DNA from: the human T2T-CHM13v2.0 reference genome, Homo sapiens
Length of the DNA stretch: 64,000 nt
Assembly (NCBI RefSeq): GCF_009914755.1
Contig: NC_060935.1
Direction: 5' to 3' (one strand)
Part shown: positions 46,931-58,605 of the stretch, one piece after another
How the letters are laid out: the number at the start of each line of letters is the position of its first letter
How positions within the stretch are numbered: the stretch's first letter is position 1
Translations under genes and position numbers: made by a program
The notes under the pieces: model-generated
Seen by the model: the letters and a program-made list of their open reading frames with translations, nothing else
The model's database searches: none
Told to the model about the DNA's origin: nothing

Positions 46931-48680
46931 GGGGAGGCCAGCGGGGCTGCCACATGGCAGGAGGCGGGGGGCAGGCTGGAGGAGCTGATGCTGTGGCCTA
47001 AGTAGGTGGAGGCTGCTTTGTTATTATTGCTGCTGTTATTGACAGTAGCTCAGATTCAAGGCCTGATCCAGAGCAAGTGCTCGGTTCATGCTGGACAAAT
47101 AGCTGATAAGCGAGGGCTTCAGGCATAACCTGTGTAATGTTTCCATGGAAACTTATCACTGCTTCCTGTTGGTAACCTGAGAGACTCCCAGAGGTCTCTC
47201 ATCCTCTGGTCCTGCCCTGATCTGGGCTGGGGACTCACTTCCTCTTCCTCTGCATCTCACCCTGAGCCCCAGCTGTCGGGGAGGACGCACAGCACGGGGA
47301 ATGGAAGCTCTTCCTGTCGCGGACCCTCTGCACACGCACAGCACACCAGGCCCAGATGGCCCTAGGCCAGGCCTCAAAGTTCCAGCCCACGTCAGCCCAG
47401 GTCCAGGATGCAGCTGGGCTCATGCAAGAGGAAGAGCTTACGCTGGTGGTGGGGAGTTGGGGAGCAGCCAGTCCACTGTTCTAGACAAAGGAGCTGGCCT
47501 GAGACGTGTTCCTCAGGAGACCCCACCACCAGTCACAGCAGCAACACAGTGGAAAGATGCTGTGTGGCCCCAGGACCGGGTCTGCAGCCCCATTCGACAG
47601 CTGAAGAAACAGAAGCAAAAGGCAGAGCTGGCCTGCTCTGGAAGGCTGGTGTTTTGAGAGCCAGGTTGTACCCGCCAGCTGGGCATACCTGTGTCCACAC
47701 ACATAGACCCACAAACACAACCTTACATGGTTCTACATGGTTATGAGAGATTCAGACATACATGCTGTTATGTGAGTAGGACAGAGACACAGACACACGC
47801 CATCCAACAGGACACTGTCTCTTATGAGGATGTGACATTCAAACATGTCATTCTACACAAGTCACACACACACAAAGCTGAGGACATATCCATTGATGTT
47901 TCTGCCCTCACTTCCCAGATAATTGTGCTGAAAAATAGAAACACCTGCACCCTACCAAGCTATTACCCGGCAGCGGCAGGAGCAGGCTAATTAAGCCTTC
48001 ACAGGAGGCTGGCATTTTCCTGGCAGCCCTGCTGCCCCTCGCTGCCAGGGTGGCCGCCAGCCCGAGTGGCCTTTGTGATGAGCCCCAGGGGGCACACGGC
48101 CCAGCCTGTCTCCCTCTCCTCCCTCTCTGGGCCCTGAAATGATTCTGCATCTTGTTCTCCCAAAGGATGCCTCTTGGGCCAATGGCCTGCTTATGAAGAT
48201 GGCTAGAATGAAACCCTCCCTGAAGCTTGAGGCCTGGATCAGCAGAGACCCTCCCAAAGTTCCCAGTTCTCTGACTGGAGGACATTTGAGGGACCTAAGT
48301 TAGCTGTGGACATGAGTGATGGATGCCCTCGGCTGTTCTCTGCCTATTCCAAGGGCTTAACTCCATCCCTCTGGCCAGAATGGGACTCAGTTTCCCCTTC
48401 TTGCCACCCTGGGCTTGGTTCTTGGCCATTCTCTCTCACACATTCACCTCTCAGCCACCCTGGACTTCCTGCTCTTCTTCCAATACGCCAAGCTCATGCC
48501 TGCCTCAGGGCCTTTGCACCTGCCCTGTTTTCTGTCTGAAACCCTCCCTTCCTTCCAGGTCTTTGCCTGTTCCTCTCATCATTCAGGTCTCAGCTCAAAT
48601 GGTACCTCCTTAGGAAGCCCGCCCTGACCCACCTAGTTAAAATCTCTCCTCCAGGTGCGCCCCTCAGTTTTTTCTTAATT

Positions 48681-48850
48681 CAGTGGTTTTCAGCCCTGGC
48701 TGCTTGTTAGAATCACCAGGGGAGCTTTTAAAAATAACGGTGCCAGGGCATTGTGTAGGCTAATTAAGAATCTCTGGGATGTGGGTCGTGCATGCTGCCA
48801 TTATTTTAAAAAACCCTATGTGGTTTGAATGTGCAGTCAGGACTAAGACA
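48681..48850. mobile_element. MER5A-like MITE
   Basis: CAGTGGTTTTCAGCCCTGGCTGCTTGTTAGAATCACCAGGGGAGCTTTTAAAAATA. Confidence 0.7.
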
Positions 48851-48919
48851 TCTTGGTCCAGATACTTTTTGGTCAGCAAGAGAAAAGGCCGAATTTTGCA
48901 ATCCCCTCCCTTCAGTGCT

Positions 48920-49237
48920 CTCTCCCTAATAGCTCTGTGATATGGGAACTATTATCACACCCATTTTACAGACCAGGAAACTGAGGCTGTAAGTCAGAGA
49001 AGTAAAGTACCCAAAGTCACACAGCTGGGAAACTGTAGAACTGGGAATTTAACCCAAGCACCATGGCTCTGGAGTCTGCCTCTTAATCCCAACACTTGGC
49101 TGCAGTTGTTTTATTAAATCTCACAACCACTCCATGACACGACATTTTAAAGATGGGGAACCATGGCTCAGAGAGTCAGGAGACATGACCAAGGTCACAC
49201 AGCCAGGATTCAAACCCAGGTCAGGCCGACTCTAAAG
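48920..49237 (-). mobile_element. Two tandem MIRs
   Basis: CCCATTTTACAGACCAGGAAACTGAGGC; CCAAGGTCACACAGCCAGGATTCAAACCCAGG. Confidence 0.8.
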
Positions 49238-49468
49238 CAGGGGTGTCCAATCTTTTGGCTTCCCTGGGCTACACTGTAAGAAAAAGAATTGTCTTGGGCC
49301 ATACATAAAATATATGAATACTAACAATAGCTGATGAGCTGAAAAAAAAATTACAAAAAAAAAAATCTTAATGTTTTAAGAAAGGAAGGTTCAGGAATTC
49401 GTGTTGGGCCATATTCAAAACCGTCCTGGGAGGCATGTGGCCCGCGGGCTGTGGATTGGACAAGCTTG
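49238..49468 (+). mobile_element. MER30 (hAT-Charlie MITE), complete
   Basis: CAGGGGTGTCCAATC ... GATTGGACAAGCTTG termini; perfect 8-bp TSD CTCTAAAG at 49230-49237 and 49469-49476. Confidence 0.92.
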
Positions 49469-49554
49469 CTCTAAAGCATAGGAATTTGTGTTGGGCCATA
49501 TTCAAAGCCTTCCTGGGTTGCATGTGGCCCGCGGACTGTGGATTGGACAGCTTG

Positions 49555-50803
49555 GCAGCAAGGCAGACCATATCAAATGAGGTCTGGGCCTGAAAACACA
49601 TCACAACTTCACCCAAGGACCCAGCCTTCCTCTTGGGAAGCATCATCTCTCCCCAGCCTCCCAAGCCCCTTCTCTTTTCCCATCTCTATCACGCCCATTG
49701 CCTGGCTGTTTCCTGCTCTGCTGTAAAGCTACATCTCCCAGGAGGATGTGCAGAGTTGCTCTAAAGCATAGAGTACAGGACACAGGGAAGGGACAACTTC
49801 ATGATCTCTCACGTCCTCATTTCTCCACCTTTTGGGAACCAGCCTCAGGGGGAATGGAGCAGATGGAAGGTTGGCACTAGAGCATGGATCTACTCACTTG
49901 CTGCCCATGAATTAATTTCACAGTAGAATAAGTGGCATTGTATATAGCCCTTGTGTGGCAGCCACTGTTCTAGGTATTTTACATATATTGGCTTGACCCT
50001 CAAAGAAACCGTATACTCTTCCTCTTTATTTTAGTGACAAGTAATAGGCACACAGAGAATTAAGCAACTCACCCCAAAGCTGCACAGCTAATCATGCAGA
50101 GCTAAGATCTGAACTCACGCAGGCTGGTTCCAGAGTCTGTGCTCTCAGTTCCTGCACCATACTCTCCCTCTCAGCTGCCTTGCTTATTGAACTGCGTGAA
50201 GCTCACTTTTCTCCCCTATGAATGGGTATAATAGTGCCTACCTCGGATGGAAAATTAGAGGACAAACCCAGAACATGATTGCACAGGCAGGCCCTGGCAC
50301 AAGGAGGTGCAGAGTAGGCATTTGGTAAGGGAGGTCACTGGACAGCTGGGAGATCATGGACAGCCAGGATGTCACCCCTTCAGCAACCAGCCTGGAGACT
50401 TATATACAGTAGGTGCTGAACTGACATGCAACGCGGATGAAGGTGGTGACATTTGGAGGCCACCAGGCTGCAGTTTCCCCAGAGAGGTTCAGGGCTCAGC
50501 AGCCCCTTGGGATCTCGAGCTCAGCAAGAGGACCTTTAAATGCCTAGAGACTGCCTACGTGCGTCACCGCTGTCTTCCATTAACGCATAATTGCTCTTGC
50601 AGGCGAGTAGCTATGCTCACTAGGGTCAGATTTACAGCAGAGCAGGAAACAGCCAGGCAACGGGCATGACAGAGATGGGAAAAGAGAAGGGGCTTGTGTG
50701 GCTGGGGAGAGATGACAATTCCAAAGAAGAAGGCTGGGTCCGTGGGTGAAGTTGTGATGTGTTTTCAGGCCCAGACCTCATTTGATATGGTCCGCCTTGC
50801 TGC
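49555..50803. repeat. 173-bp inverted repeat (49555-49727 / 50631-50803), 903-bp spacer
   Basis: Manual alignment gives 161/173 identical with no gaps; also visible as near-identical ORF translations on opposite strands. Confidence 0.97.
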
Positions 50804-51462
50804 CCCCACAAAGCACATCGGGGAAATGCCAGCATTTGAGCCTCCAAGCTACATCTCCCAGGAAGATGTGAAAATGTATCCCCTGAATGGGCAGTACTAG
50901 GATTAAAGATTTTCTTATGAGTCTCTGTAATGTTCTCCTTATCTATGTAATATCACTGAAATCTGCAACAAGTCATCAAAGACATCCCGTCTGGAAGGTG
51001 TGACGGCAGCTTTTTCATTTCAAGGCTCTGGCTTCCTCTCCCGGGAGCTAAGCCCCATGCACACTACTAGGCGTATTGTTCATCACTCCAGCCCTTCAAA
51101 GAGATCTCCAAAAGTGCACACACAATCTGCAAGCTGCCGAGTGACCCCTTCACTCACGTGCACCCCACAGATGCCTTAGAGGTTAGGGAAGATCACTGTG
51201 CCTCAAATGTGCCATATTTTCTCCTACCACCTTGCCTGGGCACCACCTGTTCCCTCTGCTGGGATGTTCTTGGTCTAGCCACCGTGGCAAATTTCTCCTG
51301 GTCCTGCAAGGCTCAGCTCAAGTACTACTTATTTTGCAAAACCTTCCCCAAAGGGGCAGCCTGAATCTCTAAGAAGCCGGGCCAGAGCTCTTAGAGTTAT
51401 CTTCTCTCGTGTCTGTGTCCCAAAATCAACTGTCCATCCACAGAGCAGCTGATGTAGCCAAA

Positions 51463-51658
51463 CAGTGGTTCTCAAAGTGAGGTCCCAGGACCAGCAACAT
51501 TACCTTCATCGTTACCTGGGACCTTGTTGGAAATGCTGGATCTCTGCCCCACACCCCAGACTTACTGAATCAGGAACTCTGGGTGTGGGGGCCGGCAACC
51601 TGTCCTTCAACAAGCCCTCTAGGTGAGTCTGATACATGCTCAAATTTAAGAACAACTT
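51463..51658 (+). mobile_element. MER5A
   Basis: CAGTGGTTCTCAAAGTG...CCCAGACTTACTGAATCAGGAACTCTGGG...AACAAGCCCTCTAGGTGA. Confidence 0.85.
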
Positions 51659-51706
51659 TGGAAGGGGGATAAGGTGAATTTGGGTATGACTCATCCAGGA
51701 CAAATA

Positions 51707-51835
51707 TTAGGTTGGTGCAAGAGTAATTGCAGTTGTTGCCATTAAAAGTAATGGCATTACTTTTTGCCATTTAAAGTAATGGCATTAAAAGTACTTTTAA
51801 TGGTGACAACTGCAATTACTTTTGCACCAACCTGA
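51707..51835. mobile_element. MADE1 (Hsmar1-derived MITE), internally expanded to 129 bp
   Basis: TIRs TTAGGTTGGTGCAAGAGTAATTGC / GCAATTACTTTTGCACCAACCTGA with TA on both sides. Confidence 0.92.
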
Positions 51836-52124
51836 TAACACAAAAAGCAACGACAACAAACGCTACCTACAGGACCATGAGCTAGATGCGTGCCAGGCAC
51901 TTTACCTGCACTGATTCTTCACAGCAATGCATGAAGAAGATACCCATTACATAGACGAGAAAACTGAGGCTCAGACAGTCACTCATTTCCCTAGGAAACA
52001 ACTAAGAAGTGATGGCTCCAGCTGCAAACCAACCCCAGTCTAACTACAAAGCCCGTGTGCTATCACAGAAAAACTGTGCGATTTGGAGATTCAAAGGAGG
52101 GAGAGACCACATCCAAGTCAGGTT

Positions 52125-52900
52125 TTTCCTGAATTTTATATTTTCAAAGTATGGTTTTGAAAGATCAAATAATGCTTAAAAAAAAAAAAAAAAGCAAGCT
52201 CTTGTTCCTTCCTACCCTTCTCTCATCTCTGCTCTCAGAAGTGACTACTTTCAACTCTTTTAGCTACTTTTTTAGGTATTTACTTCCATACTTTAAAATA
52301 TCTGTCTTGTATTATTTCTTGTTTCATCGGTTTTAGACTCCACCTCTTGACTTACACTGGATAAGGACTTTTGATCATGAACACCCCCTGTCCCAGGATC
52401 ACCATGTAATCTTGGGATACATCGGTTCACCTTGTAAACACCATAGATTCATATATGATCTAGATAATTTTCCTTTCAATGGCAGCAAAACTTCTTGAGG
52501 GCCTGTGTCTCTAGTTGCCCACAGGTGCTATAAGGGCTAAGGGTAGCTTTTCCCTGCTGCTGTCCCCTCCCAACAGAATTAAATCTCCATTTTTTAAATT
52601 AAATTCATAGTCAATGTTTTATAATTGTGACCAAATAAATATTACTAACAGTAGAACCAAGTCATTTGCTACTGATGCTCACTTTCTTGGACTTTTTGTT
52701 TTTCCTAGAGCTGATAATTGTTGTGGTCCATTTTCCTGGCTCCTGTGATGTCCTTTTTCTTAGTTGCCTCTTTATAGAATGTCCTAGAATCATCATGAGT
52801 TCCATCGTTCCATAGTGAGTTCTCCCTGAAGATTCTCCAGTACCTTCATTCCTCCTGACTGTATGAAATACCCCAGCATCATCCTACAAATCCATATGAC
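52125..52900 (-). mobile_element. HAL1/L1M-like antisense remnant
   Basis: CTCAGAAGTGACTACTTTCAACTCTTTTAGCT...GGTATTTACTTCCATA. Confidence 0.5.
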
Positions 52901-52909
52901 CACTTTAGA

Positions 52910-53380
52910 TCACATTCAGCTTTAAGCAGCTTACATAAGAGAGAAGTTTTTGTTTGTTTGCCTTTGGTCCATATCAAGAAACTTAAAATTCAGAGACATG
53001 TCCCGGGTGGGCATAGAAGGCCCACGACCATCAAGGACCCAGGCTCCTTCCATCTAGCTGCTTCACTACCCTTAATATCAGCCTCCTAACTCATGGTTCA
53101 CTGTGGCTGCTTGAGCTCCAACCATTATGTCTGCATTCCAGCCATGAGAAAGAAGAGTACTTCCACTGTATGTAAAACTACATCTTGAAAGTTGCACATG
53201 TCATTTTTGTTTGTACTCCTATGTTCACAGCTTAGACACATGGCTATACCTAGCTGCAAGAAAGGCCAGGAAATGTAATCTTTATTCTGAGTGGCTACAT
53301 TCTCAGCAGAAAAAGTCGAAATCTGAGATCAGGTAAAAAAGGGGAACTGAGAGTTGGGGCAACTGGCAGGCTTGGCCACA
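52910..53380 (-). mobile_element. MLT1J/K-like LTR
   Basis: CATCAAGGACCCAGGCTCCTTCCATCT...CACATGGCTATACCTAGCTGCAAGAAAGGCCAGGAAATGTA. Confidence 0.7.
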
Positions 53381-54864
53381 CCCCCTTTTGCTATAGTTCA
53401 TTTGAACTTGCATGTCAGCTTCACACCTTTGTTGAGAATATGTGGTGGCCTCTTCCTACATTTCTGGGACCTTTTCTCCACTCTTGCCTTCATTCATTGT
53501 GCTTTGGGCACCCCACACTCCTCTGGCCTTGGGGGCCTCCCACACACTGTGCCTCTGCTGGCAGTGACTCCCTGAGAGCCACCTATCCTGGATGCAATGC
53601 CTCCCACTCATCCTCCGGTCTTCAGATGAAATGACAGCTCCCCAGAGAATCTTCCCATATCCCAAAGGGTCAGGGTCTGTTAGATGGTCTCACAGCCTTC
53701 TGACCCTTTTTGTTACAGCATCCATTGCAATTGTAATTGGTGATTGAGTTGTGTGATCAGTTGTTCACTCACTGTCTCTCTTGCTAGACTATGAGCTCTT
53801 GAGGATGGGGCCACCTCTGTCATGTGCATCCACCTGACATGTGGAAGCACAATAAACATTTGTGGCATGAACAGTTGCCTCTTCCTGAATCACACATCCT
53901 AACCCCCTTATCCTTCCAGATCAACTAAATGCCCCCTCCTCCAGGAGGTCTTCCTGTGCTCCCTCTGAGACCAGTAGCACCCCCTCCGCCTGAGTGCCCA
54001 AGCCCTCTTTGTCACCATCACTTTCTATCACATGCTATTGACTTTAGGGAGCATGCCTCAGCTCCTCTCTGAGCCTGTGAGTTCCTGGAGGGAGGGAGCC
54101 ACATCTGATTCTTCTGTGTCTCTCACACACATGCACAGGGACAACCCAGAAGACTATCTGGTTCAGCAGCAGAATTGTTGACCAGGAAGCAAGACTCCTG
54201 GTGTGGCCTCTGGCTGGCCATGTGACATCCAGCAACAGCCTCACTTTCCCCACCTGGCCTCTCAGGGCCCATCCAGAGCCAGCATTCTCTGATACGCCAC
54301 CTGATGCTGCAGCTCAGGGGCTGCTGAGCTCTACTCTGCATGCCTCTCTCCGTGGGCCATGGGCTTGGGTTCCTGGGAATTTGTTTTCCATTCGGAGATC
54401 AAAGGAACAGAAATGCTGGACACCAGGTTCCCAGGCAAAACAAAACAAACATATCAGAGTGGAGAAACTTTTATTAACTTAACAGCTGGCATCAGGCCTC
54501 AGAGGAACTGTAACATAATTTGGACAAAAATATTGTGAGGAGTCTTAGGGAGGAAGGTAAGAACTCATGAGTCTGGAGCCAAAGCTTTGGGGCAAGGGAG
54601 GATGCTGCCTGTGAGGGGGAAGACTTTGCAGCTTGATGAAGAATACTTCATATTTATTGATACGTTGCTTTGCACTAAGGAAGATGTGTACTTTGTGCTT
54701 TAATGTATTGCAGCAATCAAGGTGCTGGATTACAAAAAAAGAACAGAAAGGAAAAAGAGAGAGGGAGAAAAGGAAAATAAAAGAACAGAAAATAACAAAA
54801 AAGAAAGGCAAAGGAACCATCTGTGGCTAGCTGAAGCAGTGGAGGAAATCTATTAGAAGGTATA

Positions 54865-55693
54865 TGAGTTAGATATAATATAAGGCACATGGCTATGCAA
54901 AGAAGAGAGAGCCCAGAAATAACAGTGGCTTAAATTAGACAGAGATTTCTTTCTTTCTCAGTAAGTAGCCAAAATGTTATGGTAGTTGTCTTAGTTGGTT
55001 CAGGATACCATAACAAAATAGCTCAGATTGGGTGAGCTGTGAAATTTATTACTCACAGTTGTAGAGGCTGGGAAGTCCAAGATCAAGATGCTGGCAGATT
55101 CAGTGTCTGGTGAGGGCTTCATAGATGGAGCCTTGTTGAAGCATTCTCACATGGCAGAAGGGCAAAAGGGGGTGAAGGGGTGAACAGACCCCCTTGAGCC
55201 CTTTCTAGGAGCATGAATCCCATTTGTGAGGGTAGAGCCCTCATGGCCAATTGCCTCCTAAAGGCCCCATCTCTTAATACTATTGCATTGGGGATTAAGT
55301 TTCAACATGAATTTTAGAGGGGTATAACCATTGAAATCATAGCAGTGGTTCTGCTTCAAGAAGTTTTCAGGCCCTGGTTTGTGGATCCCCCAACCCTAGG
55401 TATTGCCCTCAGGATGTGGTCCAGGAAGCCTTACTCCATATCCACATTCTAGCCAGGAGGGAAGGGAGAAAGCAAGGGGGAAGGAATGCTCCTTCCTTGG
55501 AAGGCACCACCTGGAAGGTGCCCACCTCTCTTCTGCTCACACCTGCTGTCCACAGCATAGTCAATGGCCACACTTGGAACAAGGGAACCTGGAAAAGCCA
55601 TTGTAATCTAAGCAGTCATTGGCCCAGCTAAATAATCTATTACTACATAAGCAGGAAGATGGCTCTTGGGAGGATCCACAAGTCTCTGCCACC
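54865..55693 (-). mobile_element. MLT1J/K-like LTR split by an MST LTR
   Basis: AATAACAGTGGCTTAAATTAGACAGAG...; CAATGGCCACACTTGG...GTCTCTGCCAC. Confidence 0.6.
54987..55344 (-). mobile_element. MSTC/MSTD-like MaLR solo LTR
   Basis: GAGGCTGGGAAGTCCAAGATCAAGATGCTGGCAGATTCAGTGTCTGGTGAGGGC...GGGATTAAGTTTCAACATGAATTTT...ATAGCA; TSD GT(A/G)GT at 54982-54986 and 55345-55349. Confidence 0.85.
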
Positions 55694-57899
55694 GATGAGA
55701 TTGGGCAGCCTAGATAATTGTTGGCAAGAGTGAGGAATCAGGCTTAGAAAACTGGTAGGAGTCAAACGTGGCCACAGGGCAGGACCCCAGCCCCATCATA
55801 CTAATGGACAGGCTGGCTAGGGTATGTCACCACTGCTGCCACTGGGAAGGATTTCCCATCTGTTCCTGCATCTTTGCACAAGATCCAGAAGGGCAGCGTT
55901 CTGCAGGTGGAGTCAACGTCACAGGCCCAGGTACCAACTGCCAGGGGGTGGAGAGGAAAGACTTCAGGTCCCCTCACTGACTTCCGTGGAAGGAAAGGAT
56001 ACGGGACCCACCCACACTAGAGGCAACTGAGAATTGCTCCCCAAATGTGATGGGAGTTGGATATCTGATGATGTGTACCACCCCTTGAAAGCCAAAAGCA
56101 AATGTTCATGACACATGCCATTTCATCCTCACAGCCATCTAGTGAGGTGAATCTCTTCATAAGCCCCAGCGTTCAAGAGAAATTGAGGAGCATAACTGGA
56201 GTCACATTTGTCACTCACTTACGTAGCGCTTCCTATGAGCTAGGCATGGTTGTAAGCAGATTACAAATATTAACTTTTAAAATTTGTCTTAGCTTCAGAA
56301 CAACCAATTAGGACATCTTAGTATCCCCATTTTATAGAAGCACCAAATGGCAAGGGGATTTGCTCAGGATCACAAAATTACTAAGCAGGAGCAAAACTGG
56401 GATTTGAACCCAGACACTCTGGCTCCAAGTCTGTGCCTATAACCGCTATTCTACACTGCTAGCAAATGTAAGAAATACCCAGGGAAAGATATATGGCTGT
56501 GCATTCTGAGATGAGGCCCAGCCCCAGGCTTTCCAAACAATTTTTCGTAAAAGATGTTAAATTCACGAATGCTTTATGTGAATTCTTGTTGTTGCTGCTA
56601 TTCCGGAAACCAAGCAGATTTCATGTCAGGGTCAGTGAGGCACAGTTCAGAGATAGCTGCTACAGGAAACTGGGGACCAGGAGGAAGAAAGACTCTGAGA
56701 AGTGAGTATTTCCCCTTACCTCCCCGCCATCCCCTGCAGGAAGTTAGGAAAAAATATAGAAGAAGGCTTTGAACTTCACTAGGTCTTAGAACAAAGGGCA
56801 TGATGACAATCATTTAGGCTTTAGAAGTAGGGTGGCCAACAGCCGCCATCTCGGTCACCCAAACTCTAAAGCCAGCAAGCAAGGGGCTCAGCCTCCCATG
56901 CCCTGTAGACCCTTCATATACACACAGAAGATCCTGGAGCTTCAGTCAGGGCTACTACCTGGGAACTGAACTTACAAATTTAAATTTTACGTACTTACCC
57001 AGTCCTGACTCCAGTCCAACACAGTGCTCTGAGCAGGCTGCAGCCCCAGAAGGCTGACAAAGAGCAAAGGGGTCTGCAAAATCCACCAAGGAGCTATCCA
57101 TCTCCAGAATTTAGCCAGGGCATCCCATGGCTTATCCTAGGGTGCTGGGCCCTAGGGTGAGCAGCTTTGGGGGAGCCCCATGTCAGAGACAGAGCTATGC
57201 CTACTGCAGACACTTCCCTTCCTCCTGCCAGGCCATGGCTGGTGTGAGAGCTGGCGCGCTGGGAGTTGTTGGGTCCTCAGAGGCCTGCCGTCTATTCCCT
57301 GCATCAAGGAGGCTCAAGGTGTCATTGATTGAGTCACACCACACCTTAATACCACTAATCAGGTCCCCAAGCATGAAGAGACCCCACTCCTTATCCCCTC
57401 AAAATTCACAGGCCAAGGGGCAACAACTACTGTAACACATGTAAGTATATATTGCTAATTATTATTATTGTTGTTGTTGTTATTCTAGCCATTATCTTTT
57501 AGTATTTGCAGTGCCAGATTAGGCTGTTGACATTTGCTATCTTTGGCCCTGCCACGACATGTGAGGCAGGGATCCCATCTCCGTCCTGCAGATGAAGAAA
57601 TGGAAGCTTGGAAAGACGAACGGACGATCATGAAGCTTGCAAAAGGCAGAACCAGGATGCAAGCCCCTTCCCCATGCTGGATGAAGATCACATCACCACC
57701 AAGAACAGAGAATGGCTCGCCCTTCTAGGAGCAAAACAGACAGTTTTGAGGCAGCCTGAAGAAAAATGTCATCAGAGGGAGGGTTGACGGACTGATCAGC
57801 AAGACTGTCTCCTTGAGGGCCCCTTACCTTGGTCTCCAGGAGACATACTCGGGGCCCCAGCATGCCAGGATGAACCCTGAGGGAATTCCAGCTGTCCCT

Positions 57900-58516
57900 G
57901 GAGAGCTTCACACCCACAGCCCAGCTGGAGGGGCACATCGGAGAAGCCGTTTTGTATCACGTGATGCCTTCCCTGACATCCGTAGCTGATTGGACCAGGG
58001 GTGAATGGCTAATCCAGGAGAAGCCAGTCCACTGTGGGGCCAGAGACCTACTTTTCTTTCACTAAAAATATGAACTAAGGAATATGAAGACTCTGGTTAA
58101 TGGGTGGTGGTTCTGGGTCTGTGTCTGTGGAATTGGGGCTTTGGACCCCACAGTAGGTCAATGTTGGCAAGCATATTTTTTTATGCTCCCTCTCCCAACA
58201 GACCAGCAGACTTTTGCTTGCATGTCTTGGACCAAAATTATAGGAGGAAAGAAGCCACAAGGATGCAGAGTAAGTAGATTTTCAGAGAAGAATGGAACAG
58301 AGACACACACACACACAAAGCAGCAGCATAGAAGACTATACTGAAGAAGGAGAGAGAGAGGAAACAAATGACAGAAAGATACTTTCTTGGTCCCTCCCCA
58401 TTCCAGGTTTCATGAGATCCCCATTTTATTTCCGTGATATTTGTACCCTCCCCAACCTGAATTGAGCTATTTTGCAGGGTTTCTATTATTTGCAATGAAA
58501 CAATCTCTAACTAACA
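57900..58516 (+). mobile_element. Old MaLR/ERVL LTR (MLT1K/L-like)
   Basis: GCTGATTGGACCAGGGGTGAATG...GGGTTTCTATTATTTGCAATGAAACAATCTCTAACTAACA. Confidence 0.5.
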
Positions 58517-58605
58517 GGAAATTTGAATAGACTTGCAAATAATAAGCTCTTGGAGGAAATATGAGCTGACTATGGGATCAAAGAAAATAGAGAGGCAATG
58601 AGGAT

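Noticed and set aside
49368-50900. Paired similar ORFs on opposite strands as a duplicated gene or toxin-antitoxin pair
   Set aside because: Fully explained by the inverted DNA duplication and the MER30 end repeat; no coding signature
51707-51835. CRISPR-like or terminator-like repeat
   Set aside because: Eukaryotic MADE1 MITE; no unique spacers and no cas genes
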